Positions 7,792 through 19,500 of a DNA stretch of 64,000 bases are shown one piece after another. Origin of the DNA: a virus; IMG/VR virus record IMGVR_UViG_3300023184_000094, positions 8,637 to 72,636 of that record, one strand, 5' to 3'. Every line of letters begins with the position of its first letter. Within the stretch, counting starts at the first letter, position 1. The translations under genes were made by a program, and so were the position numbers. A model generated the notes under the pieces. The model saw nothing but the letters and a program-made list of their open reading frames with translations. It was not told the DNA's origin and did no database searches.

Positions 7792-10638
7792 ATGGCCACT
7801 AGTCAAGCAGCTCAAACCGCATTAAGTTACTTCCAAGGCAAGGGATGGTCTCCAGCACAGGCCGCTGGTATCGTCGGTAATTTACAACAAGAATCTGGAT
7901 TAAATCCCCAGGCATTCAATGGCGCAGGTGGTGGTAATGGCGCTGCAGGTATTGCACAATGGCGAGGTTCTAGACAGACCGATTTCCAATCATTTGCTGG
8001 TGTTCCGTTAAGTCAATCTACTTATCAACAACAGTTGGATTTTGTTAACTATGAACTAACACAAGGCACAATGAAGTCGGCGGGCACTAAACTCAAAGCA
8101 ACAACTACTGCTGCTGATGCCGCTACCGCAGTTGACAAATATTACGAAATCAGTGACGGTACTGATCTACAAAAACGTATCAACAATGCCAATTCACTAA
8201 CAGGCAGTGGACCAAATGTACCAACTACCCAGGCTCCCTCCGAAGTTGCTCCAGAAGAAGTAACAGCTGCCCCCGATGCACCCTTGGCATTATTACCTAT
8301 TCCTAATAGACTACATCAATATCCTAGCTATATCTATGGATTAAGCCTACATTTGCTAACTGATGAAGAATATAATCAAGTAGTAGAAAAAGAAACTTAT
8401 ACTCCTAAACGAGTGTTGATTGCCGGTGCTGGTCGTTGGAGCCCGGATAATTTTCCACGCAGTGAATTTTTTAGTGAAGATTTTTATTTCGAAGATCTTA
8501 ACATGACTACAATAATCAGCCCAAATGATTTTAGTAGAAATACCAATGCAATCGAGACATCATTTACTATCATTGAACCATATGGCTTTACCTTAATGGA
8601 ACGATTACTAAAAGCCGCCGATGCTATCAAGAGTGCAAATTATTTAGATATGCCCTATCTATTACAGATAGATTTCTTTACTATAGACGACTCTGGAAAA
8701 ATTGTAGGATCAGTAGATGCGCTACGTAAACGTATACCAATTAAACTAGTTAAAATGGACATGCGAGTCAGCGGTAAAGGATCACAATATAGTATCAGTG
8801 CTGTACCATTTAACCATTCAGCTTATGATACAACTACAGTAACAACTCCGGCTAACTTTGAAATCACAGCCAGCACAGTGTTTGATTTTTTTCAATCAAC
8901 AGAAGGCACACCGGCCGATCCTGCATTTGCTGGTAATCAAGTGCCAGGTGAACGTGCTGTAACCCAACAATACAATCAAGGGCCAAACTTTAGTGGCACT
9001 GCTAGTAATACTGTATATACTAAAGCTAAAAGCTACGGTACTGCTATAAATGATTATTTTAAGAATCTCGAAGAAGATCGTAAATTAGGTAATAAAGATG
9101 TTTATCGATTTGAGTTTGATGAAGAAATTGGTAAATCCACGTTTGTGCATTCTGAATTAAATACTCCCAAACGAACTCCCTTTAAAGATAATACTGGCAA
9201 AGATATAATCAGTATGAAGCGTGCGGATCTAGGTGGTGAGCAGGGTATTTACGATTCTACTAAAGTTATTTTCCAAGTTAATTTTGGTACTACTATAGAA
9301 AAATTATTAGAATATGTAATACGAAATAGTGATTATATTCAAGATCAATTAGTCGTTCCTGAAGATGCTGATTACGAATCAAAAAAGAAAGCCTTGGAAA
9401 AAGAACCATTGAAATGGTTTAAAATAGTACCAAGGGTCAGGCTGCTAGGTTTTGATCAAGTCCGAAAGATATGGGCGAGAGAAATCACCTATCAAATAAA
9501 ATCTTATAAGATGTATAATATTCGTAGTTCGTTAGGTCCCCAAGGCGTGCAATTACATCCAGTGAAAAATTACAGCTATATCTACACTGGACAAAATGAT
9601 GACGTCTTTGATTTTGATATAACATTCAATGCTCTTTATTATACACAAGTTACCAGCTATAGAGATAATTTAACAGAAGTCACTCCAACAGCGGCTAGTG
9701 CTACTACCGACAATCAATATCAAAATGCCCCAAATTGGTCAGGTGATGAAAATTCTAAAACAACTGATTACAATGCGGTTACCCCATCGATATTAAAATC
9801 GGTGGTACAGAATAGTCAAGCAACAGCCACTGGCGGCGCAACTACAGCAAGACAAGTAGCATCCGTCGACCTTGCTGATAGTTTGATGACAAATAGCCAA
9901 GCAGATATGTTAAATGTAAAATTAAAAATCTTAGGGGATCCTGACTATATTAAACAAGACGATATATTCTATAGACCGGTGCCAACAGGCACCGCCGCTG
10001 TGGAGGTAAAACCTAGTAGTGATCCAAGGTTACTACCTAATGATAGTAGTTTAGCCATGGATGACGGTGCACTTTATGTGCAAGTTTTATTTAGAACACC
10101 AATAGACATAGATGAATCTACAGGATTGATGAAATTTGATGATAGATATCAACATAGTCTTTTCAGCGGGCTATATCAAGTTATACAAGTAACTAGCAAC
10201 TTCCACGGTGGACAATTTACACAAGATTTAGATTTAGTTCGTATGCCAAGACAAAGTGCGTTTGATTATGTTAACGGACAAAATAATAAATCTGATCAAA
10301 GATCAGAAACTACAAAAGCATTCCCTGGACAATTAGGAGTCACAGAGTCGCCACCGATCATTCCTAGCCTATTACAAAGTGGCGGAGCACAAAAGTCTAC
10401 TGCTGATGCCAGTGACACTGCAATTGATCAAACTCCTGGGCAGGATCAACAGGCAGCACAAGAAGCCAATAACGTACCGCCATTGCTAACACAGAATGCA
10501 CAGGATCTGCGTGTAGTAAATGAAACTGCACCAGAAGAAACCATAACTGCTCAAACAGAACCGCAGGCCATAGCACCTAACTTTACTCCAATATCTAGTA
10601 GAGGTAATAGAGTGCCTGGCGCAACAGCAATAGTATAA
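7792..10638 (+). CDS. Baseplate hub protein with N-terminal phage-tail lysozyme domain
   Basis: AAGIVGNLQQESGLNP...GIAQW...QQLDFVNYEL is the phage tail lysozyme pattern; C-terminal ILGDP...FSGLYQVIQVTSNFHGGQFTQDLDLVR is hub (gp27/VgrG-like). Confidence 0.7.
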   Translation: MATSQAAQTALSYFQGKGWSPAQAAGIVGNLQQESGLNPQAFNGAGGGNGAAGIAQWRGSRQTDFQSFAGVPLSQSTYQQQLDFVNYELTQGTMKSAGTKLKATTTAADAATAVDKYYEISDGTDLQKRINNANSLTGSGPNVPTTQAPSEVAPEEVTAAPDAPLALLPIPNRLHQYPSYIYGLSLHLLTDEEYNQVVEKETYTPKRVLIAGAGRWSPDNFPRSEFFSEDFYFEDLNMTTIISPNDFSRNTNAIETSFTIIEPYGFTLMERLLKAADAIKSANYLDMPYLLQIDFFTIDDSGKIVGSVDALRKRIPIKLVKMDMRVSGKGSQYSISAVPFNHSAYDTTTVTTPANFEITASTVFDFFQSTEGTPADPAFAGNQVPGERAVTQQYNQGPNFSGTASNTVYTKAKSYGTAINDYFKNLEEDRKLGNKDVYRFEFDEEIGKSTFVHSELNTPKRTPFKDNTGKDIISMKRADLGGEQGIYDSTKVIFQVNFGTTIEKLLEYVIRNSDYIQDQLVVPEDADYESKKKALEKEPLKWFKIVPRVRLLGFDQVRKIWAREITYQIKSYKMYNIRSSLGPQGVQLHPVKNYSYIYTGQNDDVFDFDITFNALYYTQVTSYRDNLTEVTPTAASATTDNQYQNAPNWSGDENSKTTDYNAVTPSILKSVVQNSQATATGGATTARQVASVDLADSLMTNSQADMLNVKLKILGDPDYIKQDDIFYRPVPTGTAAVEVKPSSDPRLLPNDSSLAMDDGALYVQVLFRTPIDIDESTGLMKFDDRYQHSLFSGLYQVIQVTSNFHGGQFTQDLDLVRMPRQSAFDYVNGQNNKSDQRSETTKAFPGQLGVTESPPIIPSLLQSGGAQKSTADASDTAIDQTPGQDQQAAQEANNVPPLLTQNAQDLRVVNETAPEETITAQTEPQAIAPNFTPISSRGNRVPGATAIV

Positions 10639-10653
10639 TCAAAGGAAAGATAA

Positions 10654-12735
10654 ATGGCAATCGATCATCGCATAGGTAGTAAAGTAATTAAAGCGGCACG
10701 CAGAGAACAGGCCACTGGTACTCGTGTCGACCCATATCCATATGTAGGTATAGTTAAAAATAATTTAGATCCTACACGAAGTGGTCGATTACAGGTTTAT
10801 ATTCCGGATCTAGGTGGACCACCAGACGATCCAAATAACTGGCGCACAGTTGGTTATGCTAGCCCATTTATGGGTTACACCAATCAAATTCAAAAACAAT
10901 CTGACACGCCCAATAAATCTAATACCTTTGAAAATGTTGCGCATAGTTATGGCATGTGGATGGTTCCGCCAGACATTGGTGTTGAAGTTATTGTTATGTT
11001 TATTGCAGGAGATCCACTACGCGGTTATTTTATCGCCTGTGTTAATAGTAGTCTCAGTCATTATATGATCCCTGCACTAGCCGGCACTCAAAACGTAGAT
11101 ATCAACAGCCTTAGCGCCAACGATAGAAAATCGTATGAAAAAGGTGATATAGTTCCTGTAGTAGAATTTAACGAATATACTAAAGATTTTACCAACACAG
11201 CATTTTATCTCAATAATAAACCCATACACGAGATACAATATAATATATTAAAAACCCAAGGATTAGATCAAGATCCGGTGCGCGGAGCAATATCTAGTTC
11301 TAGCCAACGTGAGAGCCCAAGCCAAGTATTTGGTATTAGTACACCAGGAAGACCGTATCCAAACGACCCAGCAGATGATCCACAATATCTTGAAAAATTA
11401 AATTCGGGAGCACTACCACCTGATTACTTTAAGATTAAATCGCGCAAAGGCGGACATGTGTTTGTTATGGATGATGGTGCTACACTAGGTGAAGACCAAT
11501 TGGTAAGATTGCGCACTGCTAGCGGACATCAATTGTTAATGCATGATACTAATAATACTATCTATATCGGTCATGCTGATGGCGGTAGTTGGATCGAATT
11601 AGGATCAGATGGTAGTATTAGTGCCTACGCATCTGGAACATTTAATGTTCGTAGCGAAAATAATATTAATCTACACAGTGATTTAGATATTAATATACAG
11701 GCATTTGGCAGTATTAATATGAAATCCGGCACACAAATTAAATTAGAAACTGTTAAAACAGAATTATTAACAGGACAGTTACGTGTTGAATCTACAGGGC
11801 AAACTGAATTTAAAGCAGGTGCAGCCTTTAACGTCGAAACAGAGTCGTCGATGTCATTACGAGCTACGGGAACATTTGCTACCGAAGGATCGGGCATATA
11901 TCAAAATAGTGGTAAGACTGTACCAGTAAAAGGGGTTGATACTTTACAAATAAATTCCTTACCAAACACAGCATTAAATTCCAACGGTGCCTGGCGCATA
12001 GTTCCCAATGCCCTAAGCACTATAGTAACAGTGGCTCCGACACACGAACCATTTCAACGAGGAAATACTGGCGTATTTTTTAAACCAACCAGCCCTGGCA
12101 TCCAACCTGCTGCCGCTTATCAAGGTGCGGTAGATGCTACTAAAACCGCTGGAGATTCAGGAGTGCAGAATCCAGCAGGAGAAAAAGATTTACGAAACCA
12201 GCCACCGTGCGGTTGCACCATTGGTAATTTAGCCGGTGACCAGTTAACTGCTTATTTTGCACAGATAGGTAAAAGTGAAAGTGGTGGGAACTATCAAGCA
12301 GTAAATAGTATCGGTTATGTAGGCAAATATCAATTTGGCTACACAGCATTAATTGACGCAGGATATGTAAAAAGTAGTTGTAGGAGTAATGCTCAATTAC
12401 GTAATCCTAATAGTTGGACTGGTAAAAACGGAATTGATAGTTTAGATACTTGGTTAGCTAACCCAAATGAACAAGAATCGGCTATGTGTAGTTATACGCA
12501 ACGCAATTATACCACCATGTGTAAGATTGGTGCTGTAGATGCTGGCCAATCTCCAGAAGATGTAGCTGGTATGTTGGCAGTTAGTCACTTATTAGGACCA
12601 GGTGGGGCTAAACAATATCGTAGCGGACAAAACTCAGCTGATGCATACGGAACCACTGGGGCAACATATTTTAACAAAGGTAAGTATGCAGTGGCGGTTC
12701 TAGCACCTAAAGTCCAGGCTGTTAACCAAGGATAA
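10654..12735 (+). CDS. gp5: Baseplate central spike (gp5/VgrG-like) with C-terminal lysozyme-like domain
   Basis: OB-fold DPTRSGRLQVYIP...PPDIGVEVIVMF, beta-helix repeats (RTASGHQLLMHD), then ESGGNYQAVNSIGYVGKYQFG. Confidence 0.8.
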   Translation: MAIDHRIGSKVIKAARREQATGTRVDPYPYVGIVKNNLDPTRSGRLQVYIPDLGGPPDDPNNWRTVGYASPFMGYTNQIQKQSDTPNKSNTFENVAHSYGMWMVPPDIGVEVIVMFIAGDPLRGYFIACVNSSLSHYMIPALAGTQNVDINSLSANDRKSYEKGDIVPVVEFNEYTKDFTNTAFYLNNKPIHEIQYNILKTQGLDQDPVRGAISSSSQRESPSQVFGISTPGRPYPNDPADDPQYLEKLNSGALPPDYFKIKSRKGGHVFVMDDGATLGEDQLVRLRTASGHQLLMHDTNNTIYIGHADGGSWIELGSDGSISAYASGTFNVRSENNINLHSDLDINIQAFGSINMKSGTQIKLETVKTELLTGQLRVESTGQTEFKAGAAFNVETESSMSLRATGTFATEGSGIYQNSGKTVPVKGVDTLQINSLPNTALNSNGAWRIVPNALSTIVTVAPTHEPFQRGNTGVFFKPTSPGIQPAAAYQGAVDATKTAGDSGVQNPAGEKDLRNQPPCGCTIGNLAGDQLTAYFAQIGKSESGGNYQAVNSIGYVGKYQFGYTALIDAGYVKSSCRSNAQLRNPNSWTGKNGIDSLDTWLANPNEQESAMCSYTQRNYTTMCKIGAVDAGQSPEDVAGMLAVSHLLGPGGAKQYRSGQNSADAYGTTGATYFNKGKYAVAVLAPKVQAVNQG

Positions 12736-12738
12736 ATA
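12731..12738 (+). promoter_or_regulatory. Late promoter-like GATAAATA
   Basis: Variant of TATAAATA ending 5 nt before the gp25 ATG. Confidence 0.5.
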
Positions 12739-12743
12739 TTTAC

Positions 12744-13121
12744 ATGGCCACTACATATAAAGGATTTAGCACCCTAGGAACTAGCAAGAATTTCCGCCTC
12801 ACGGATTTTGATTTGATCAAGCAGGACATTTTTAATCATTTCAATATACGCAAAGGTGAAAAGCTCATGCGTCCAAATTTTGGCACTATCATTTGGAATG
12901 TTTTATTTGAGCCATTTACAGAAGACTTAAAAAGCGTGATCACACAGGATATCCGTGCTATCGCTGGCTATGACCCACGTGTGAGCTTTGATAATATCAT
13001 AGTTACAGAATATGATCAAGGTATACAAATAGAACTACAACTACGCTACGTTTTAACTAATCAATCCAGAGTCATGTTAATGAATTTTAACGGCACTACA
13101 AACACACTTTCTGTACAGTAA
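12744..13121 (+). CDS. gp25: Baseplate wedge subunit gp25
   Basis: RKGEKLMRPNFGTIIWNVLFEP...YDPRV gp25 signature. Confidence 0.88.
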   Translation: MATTYKGFSTLGTSKNFRLTDFDLIKQDIFNHFNIRKGEKLMRPNFGTIIWNVLFEPFTEDLKSVITQDIRAIAGYDPRVSFDNIIVTEYDQGIQIELQLRYVLTNQSRVMLMNFNGTTNTLSVQ

Positions 13122-13144
13122 TTAACTACATAGTTTATTTTCCT

Positions 13145-13152
13145 GATAAATA
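13145..13152 (+). promoter_or_regulatory. Late promoter-like GATAAATA
   Basis: Intergenic, 20 nt upstream of the gp6 ATG. Confidence 0.6.
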
Positions 13153-13172
13153 CTAGATAATAGGGAAATAGC

Positions 13173-16100
13173 ATGGCAACCACCACACGACAAACCAGTT
13201 TATTAGTCTCACAAGATTGGACTAAGCTATATCAAGCGTTCCGTAACGCAGACTTCCAAAGCTATGACTTCGAAACTCTACGTGCTAGTATGGTCAGCTA
13301 CTTACAGCTTTACTATCCTGAAGATTTTAATGACTTCATTGAATCTAGTGAATTCATTGCCCTTATAGATATGATCGCGTTCCTAGGTCAAAGCCTAGCG
13401 TTCCGCGCAGATCTGAATGCCCGTGAAAACTTTATCGATACAGCACAACGTCGTGACAGTATTCTTAAACTAGCACGTCTGGTCAGCTATAATCCTAAAC
13501 GTAATATTCCTGCCGTTGGCTTGTTAAAATTCAACAGCGTATCAACTACTGAAAATGTATTTGACAGCAACGGACTTAATCTAAGTGGCCTAGTGATTAA
13601 TTGGGCAGATGCAGGCAATAGCAATTGGTTAGAACAAATGACCCTGATACTTAATGCGTCATTAGTCAACAATCAAGCTATTGGAAAACCTAGTTATAGT
13701 CAGATCATTAATGGCATTACTAACGAAGAATATCAAATCAACTTGGTATCCAATATATTAGCTACTTACAGTTTTAAATCAACAGTGGCCGGAACACAGA
13801 TGTCGTTTGAGATGGTAAGTCCTACCAGTGCAAATGCAACTTATATCTACGAAGCTGATCCTAAACTAAATGCTCCATTTAACTTTTTATATAGAAATGA
13901 CAATCTAGGCAACGGCAGCAACAACACAGGTTATTTCTTATATTTCAAACAAGGTGAACTAAAGAGCTTAGATTTCAATCTTGCTGAAAGTATTCCTAAT
14001 CGTGTCTACAGTATCAACACCAACAACATCAATAACACAGATGTTTGGTTATACAGCCTAGACAGTAATGGTAACTTGGATACGCTATGGGAAAAAGTTC
14101 CAGCAGTGGCCAACACTAATGTTATCTACAACGCAACATTAAACAAAAACATCTATCAGATCAACAGCCGCGCAGGTGATCAAATTGATTTGGTCTTTGG
14201 TGATGGATCATTTGCTAACATTCCACAAGGTAACTTCCGTATCTACTATCGCGTCAGCAATGGCCTACAATATAAGATCACTCCTGATGAAATGCAAGGA
14301 TTAGTAATACCGATCAACTACGTCAGTGCCGCCGGTCGTGTTGAAACTATCACAATCACAGCCAGCTTACAATATACAGTAGCCAATGCCACTGCACGTG
14401 AAAGTCTTGACAGCGTTAAACAAAAAGCGCCACAACAATTCTACACACAGAATCGTATGATCACCGGTGAAGATTATAATATCTTACCTTATACATTATT
14501 CAATGATATTTTAAAGATCAAAGCAGTTAATAGAACATCAAGTGGTATCAGCCGTTATTTAGATGTTATCGATGTAACTGGGAAATATTCATCTACTAAT
14601 ATCTTTGCACAAGATGGCATGTTATACCGTGACAACACGGTCAATACATTCAGCTTTGACTACAATACCACCAATGACATTTATAAAGTTATCTACGATC
14701 GTATAGCACCGATCGCACAAGCACCAGAAACACTACAGTTTTTCTATGCACACTATCCCTTATTAGATCTAACTGACATCTATTGGCATACATCAACGAT
14801 TATCGCCAATGGTTGCACGGGCTATTTTGTTGACAGCACAGGTAAGATCCTACAGATTGGCGCAGCAGTGACCAGCACCAACAAATATATCGTGCAGAGT
14901 TCTATAGTTAAACTATCAGCAGGTGATGGTAATTACTTTGATGCACAGAATCGTATACAAACAGGTACACCACGTAACCCAGGCGACAAGTATTATGTCT
15001 ATGCTGCGATTGAACTAGTGGTAGGAGATGGCACTAACGGTGGTCAAGGTAATTTGTCAAATGGTGAAGGTCCGGTGACTATCAATCAGATCATACCCGT
15101 AGATGAACTACCGGTAGCTGATCGAGTATTTGCTGTGTTTAATGTAGCGTTTTCAAATGCTCTAGTATCGACTATGGTTGGTTATATACAGGCTTTTGCT
15201 AATTTTGGTCTACGCTATGATATAGCATCAGCTAGCTGGAAGATCATCACACCACAAGATTTAAATACCGTTGATGCATTTACTTTAACCAATGCTGGCG
15301 ACACTAGTGGACAGGCCTTAGACAGCAGTTGGCTCATAGCATTCCAGACTGTAGGGCAAACATACACGGTCAGCTATCGTGGATTAAATTATGTATTTGA
15401 AAGCGTGCAAGAAACTAATTTCTACTATGACGGAACCACAAAAATATTTGATGCTACTACTGGATTAACAGTTAAAGATCAGATCAAAGTATTAAAAGTC
15501 AATACACAACCCGATAACAGTAATGCATTGGCACTTGACTATATCTGGAACATCTACGAGAGCATCACTGAAGTTGATGGATACACTGATATCAACAGGA
15601 TCTATGTAACATTCTCTGATGTTGACAATGATGGTATTCCAGACAACCCTGAACTATTTGAATTATTAGTTAATCCTAATGTTGATACTACAAACAAATA
15701 TGTCTACTTCCAATCAACCACAGGCTATGACAATTTTGTAACTGAAACACCGGTTGATAACAACACCGTGGTATCACAATATGCTAGCCTACGTGATGCA
15801 CAGGTAGCAGCTACATTATATCAAAATGGCCAACTATTTTATATTGTACCAAGTGATACGTTTTATCAATTAGAGATCACCGGAGCAGTCTATACACTAA
15901 ATCTTGTTACTGGATATTCAGCTAAACTAGGTCGCCAAGACATCTACTTCCAATACCGTCATAATAGTCCAAACAATCGACGCATTGATCCAAGTCCAAA
16001 TAACATCATTGACTTGTATATCCTAACACAACAATACAGCATCGATTACCAGGCCTGGGCACAGGACATCACAGGAACTATCACAGAACCTAGTTTACCA

Positions 16101-16574
16101 ACCAGTGAACAGTTAGAACTTAGCTACAGCAGTTTAGATAATTACAAAGCTGTCAGTGACACAATCATCTATAATCCTGCACAGTTCAAACCATTGTTTG
16201 GAGCCAAGGCAGATCCTAAACTACAGGCACAGTTTAAAGTAGTTAAAAATTCTAATATTGTCATCAGTGACAACGAAATACAAACATCAGTGATCGCTGC
16301 TATCAACAGCTACTTTGATGTGGCCAATTGGGACTTTGGTGAAACATTCTATTTCAGTGAACTTGCGGCATACTTACACATGCAACTAGTTCCAAAAATT
16401 AGCAGTATCGTTATTGTTCCTGCCAACGAGGCCAGCGTGTTTGGTAGCTTGATGCAGGTCAATGCAAACATTAATGAAATCATTACCAGTTGCGCGACTG
16501 TCAATGATGTTAAGATTATCACTGCCATCACAGCGGCACAACTTAATCAAACTGGCGCACTAATAACTGCTTAG
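13173..16574 (+). CDS. gp6: Baseplate wedge subunit gp6-like
   Basis: DFETLR...DFIESS...ENFIDTAQRRDSILKLARLVSYNP, FGDG, and ESLDSVKQKAP...QNRMITGEDY are gp6/baseplate-J motifs. Confidence 0.85.
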   Translation: MATTTRQTSLLVSQDWTKLYQAFRNADFQSYDFETLRASMVSYLQLYYPEDFNDFIESSEFIALIDMIAFLGQSLAFRADLNARENFIDTAQRRDSILKLARLVSYNPKRNIPAVGLLKFNSVSTTENVFDSNGLNLSGLVINWADAGNSNWLEQMTLILNASLVNNQAIGKPSYSQIINGITNEEYQINLVSNILATYSFKSTVAGTQMSFEMVSPTSANATYIYEADPKLNAPFNFLYRNDNLGNGSNNTGYFLYFKQGELKSLDFNLAESIPNRVYSINTNNINNTDVWLYSLDSNGNLDTLWEKVPAVANTNVIYNATLNKNIYQINSRAGDQIDLVFGDGSFANIPQGNFRIYYRVSNGLQYKITPDEMQGLVIPINYVSAAGRVETITITASLQYTVANATARESLDSVKQKAPQQFYTQNRMITGEDYNILPYTLFNDILKIKAVNRTSSGISRYLDVIDVTGKYSSTNIFAQDGMLYRDNTVNTFSFDYNTTNDIYKVIYDRIAPIAQAPETLQFFYAHYPLLDLTDIYWHTSTIIANGCTGYFVDSTGKILQIGAAVTSTNKYIVQSSIVKLSAGDGNYFDAQNRIQTGTPRNPGDKYYVYAAIELVVGDGTNGGQGNLSNGEGPVTINQIIPVDELPVADRVFAVFNVAFSNALVSTMVGYIQAFANFGLRYDIASASWKIITPQDLNTVDAFTLTNAGDTSGQALDSSWLIAFQTVGQTYTVSYRGLNYVFESVQETNFYYDGTTKIFDATTGLTVKDQIKVLKVNTQPDNSNALALDYIWNIYESITEVDGYTDINRIYVTFSDVDNDGIPDNPELFELLVNPNVDTTNKYVYFQSTTGYDNFVTETPVDNNTVVSQYASLRDAQVAATLYQNGQLFYIVPSDTFYQLEITGAVYTLNLVTGYSAKLGRQDIYFQYRHNSPNNRRIDPSPNNIIDLYILTQQYSIDYQAWAQDITGTITEPSLPTSEQLELSYSSLDNYKAVSDTIIYNPAQFKPLFGAKADPKLQAQFKVVKNSNIVISDNEIQTSVIAAINSYFDVANWDFGETFYFSELAAYLHMQLVPKISSIVIVPANEASVFGSLMQVNANINEIITSCATVNDVKIITAITAAQLNQTGALITA

Positions 16575-16581
16575 GACTATA

Positions 16582-19500
16582 ATGGCTGAAAGAAAAACCT
16601 ATAACTTTTTACCCACTACCTTTAGATCTGACACGAACCAAAAGTTCTTGGCGGCTACCATGGATCAGTTGGTATCAGAACCAAATTTTACCACCTTGTA
16701 TGGTTATATTGGTCGTAGATTTGCTCCCACTTATAAAAGCACAGACAGCTATGTCCTTGAAGACACTGCGGTCAGACAAGACTATCAACTTGAACCTAGT
16801 GTAGTCATACGTGATCAACAAAATAATATCACATTCTTTGCGACCTATGTTGATCTACTTGAAAAGATCAGCTACTATGGTGGTATCACCACTGATCAAA
16901 ATAGATTGTTTGAACAAGAATATTATACCTTTGACCCACGCATCAGCTATGACAAGTTTGTTAACTTCAGCCAATACTATTGGCTACCTGATGGTCCTGA
17001 CTTTGTAGAAGTTAATACCACAGGTCTTGATCTCAGCATAGATTATGTAGTTACTAGAGATGCAGCCAATGGTCGGTATATATTCAAGAGCAATGGTGTA
17101 GTAGACAACAGTATTATTTTAGCACGTGGAGGTAGTTATACCTTTACTGTCGATCAACCAGGCGTTCCATTCTGGTTACAAACTGAGCTAGGCGTAGATG
17201 GAGTAATCTCAGCGACACCTACACTAAGTTCAAGAGATATCCTAGGCATCCAGAATAATGGTATCGATGTTGGAACTATAACATTCGATGTTCCGCAGAC
17301 TTCAGCACAGGATAGATTCATAGCTCAACAACTAGTATACACGGTTGACTACGCGACCCCATTTAATACTTTACCATTCAGCAGATTCCACAATCAATTA
17401 GTATCAACATTTTTAGCCAACTATCCACAGTATGGTGGAATCACAGGCCAACTCAACGGCAAGCATCTAGTGTTTGTTAATGTCCAACTAGCGACCAATG
17501 TGGGCGAAGAAGTATGGACCTATCCTGAAGTAGTAGTTGATACATTACCAGCAACAGCTGGGGCATCAGGCACCAATGTTATTACCTTGTCATCGACAGA
17601 TAAATTAATCGCTAATCTTGCAGTATCTGGCACAGGTGTTCCAAGTGGAACTACTATCGTCAGCGTTGATTCAGCTAATGCTAATGTTACACTTAGCGCA
17701 AATCTTACTACCACAGCCAGTGGTGCATATACATTTACTGCCCCTAACTTTGACGCTGGCTATGTAGTGCCGGATGATCAACGTTACGGTGTATTCCGTG
17801 TAGTCTATGTTGATGCTGGTATTAAAAATGCAGATGGATCTACTGACTATGTGACAAGACTGGTATTTGAACAAGCAGTTAATGTAGATGAAAAAGTCTA
17901 TGTAAGATTTGGTGTTGCTAACGCTAATAAAGAATACTACAAAGACTACGATGGCTTTATGAAACAGGTTCCAATAATTACCTGTCAATTAAACAATCTA
18001 TGGATTCAAGATGGTACTAGAGCAGACATTTATAAAAATGTGCAGCTAGTAAATTACAATGGGTGGACTATTGATGTTGATACTGATATCATTGGCCAAT
18101 TGGCCTACACCAGTCCTAACGGTGTAAACTTTACTAGTGGATTAAAAATACAATTTGCAGAAGATGTAACACCTACCAGCTATCAAAATCGTCAATTCTA
18201 TGTAGAACAAGTTGGCGATACTAGCCAATACAACGGTGGTATAAGACTAGTTCCAGTTGACGAATTAATTACTCCAGAAGCATATAATGCTGAACTGGCA
18301 CTAAATTATCCAAACGAAATATTCCCTGATTATATCACTATCAATCGTGCCAGTGTTGATCGCAACGCCTGGTCACGTAATAACCGTTGGTTCCATATTG
18401 ATGTAGTTTTACTCACTGCTGAATATAACGGAACACAACCAACCATTGATCAAGCTAGCCGAGCCCAACGTCCTATCGTGCAGTTTGACTGCGATCTACA
18501 ATTGATCAATGAAGGTCGTATTGGACTTGATCATATTGATATCTTAGATACCAGCACTAAAAATGCCTTTACAGAATTACAAGGACAGACTTATGCGATA
18601 GCATTTGGTGTTACCTTGTTTGATGGTCTGCGTGTGATCTTTGCCGCCGATGAAGATCCATTAGTCCGTAATAAAATTTATGTTGTTAGTCTAGTCCAAT
18701 ATGAAGTTGATGATCAACAGCTACCTACAGGTCCGTACCACATTGAATTGTCATTAGCTGACGACGGAGATGTAGCGACATACTCTACCGTAGTAGTTGC
18801 TATTGGCCAATACAAAGGTAGTCAATGGTGGTATGACGGTGTCACTTGGAATGCTAGTCAGACTAAATCAGCACTGCAACAACCTCCATTGTTTGACATA
18901 TTAGATGCCAGTGGCAAGAGCTTTTCAACTTATACGAGAAGCACATTTACAGGTACAGAAATTTTTGGTTATGTGCGTGCTACCTCAGGAACAACAGACC
19001 CAATCTTGTCAAAAGGTATCATTCCTACGATCTATGATAGTAACAATAATCCTGTAACTAATTTCTATCTTAGCTACAAGACATTCACCACACAAGGCGA
19101 CATCAAGTTCCAAAACTATTTCAATACTGATACATTTAGCTATGTCAATGCCAATGATATTATAACCACACAGCTGATTAATACTGGTTACATACAAAAA
19201 ATCTTAGCTGCTGAAACTCTACAACCTAAAAACACTTGGGATACAGTTCCTGAACCTAGCCATCAATACCAACAGATTAGTTATATCTTTGATGGCACTA
19301 ATAATCCATTTGTCGTAGACATCGTTCCCGAAGTAGAAGCATCGATACCTTATACTAAAGTATTCCAAAATTTCCAATACCTACAACCAACAGATTGGAC
19401 CTTAGCCAACAGTGCTGTTCGATTATCTACATCATTGACAGTGGGTGATCAAGTTGACATCTTGATCTATAGCCAACAGATCAGTAAATTAGGTTTCTAT

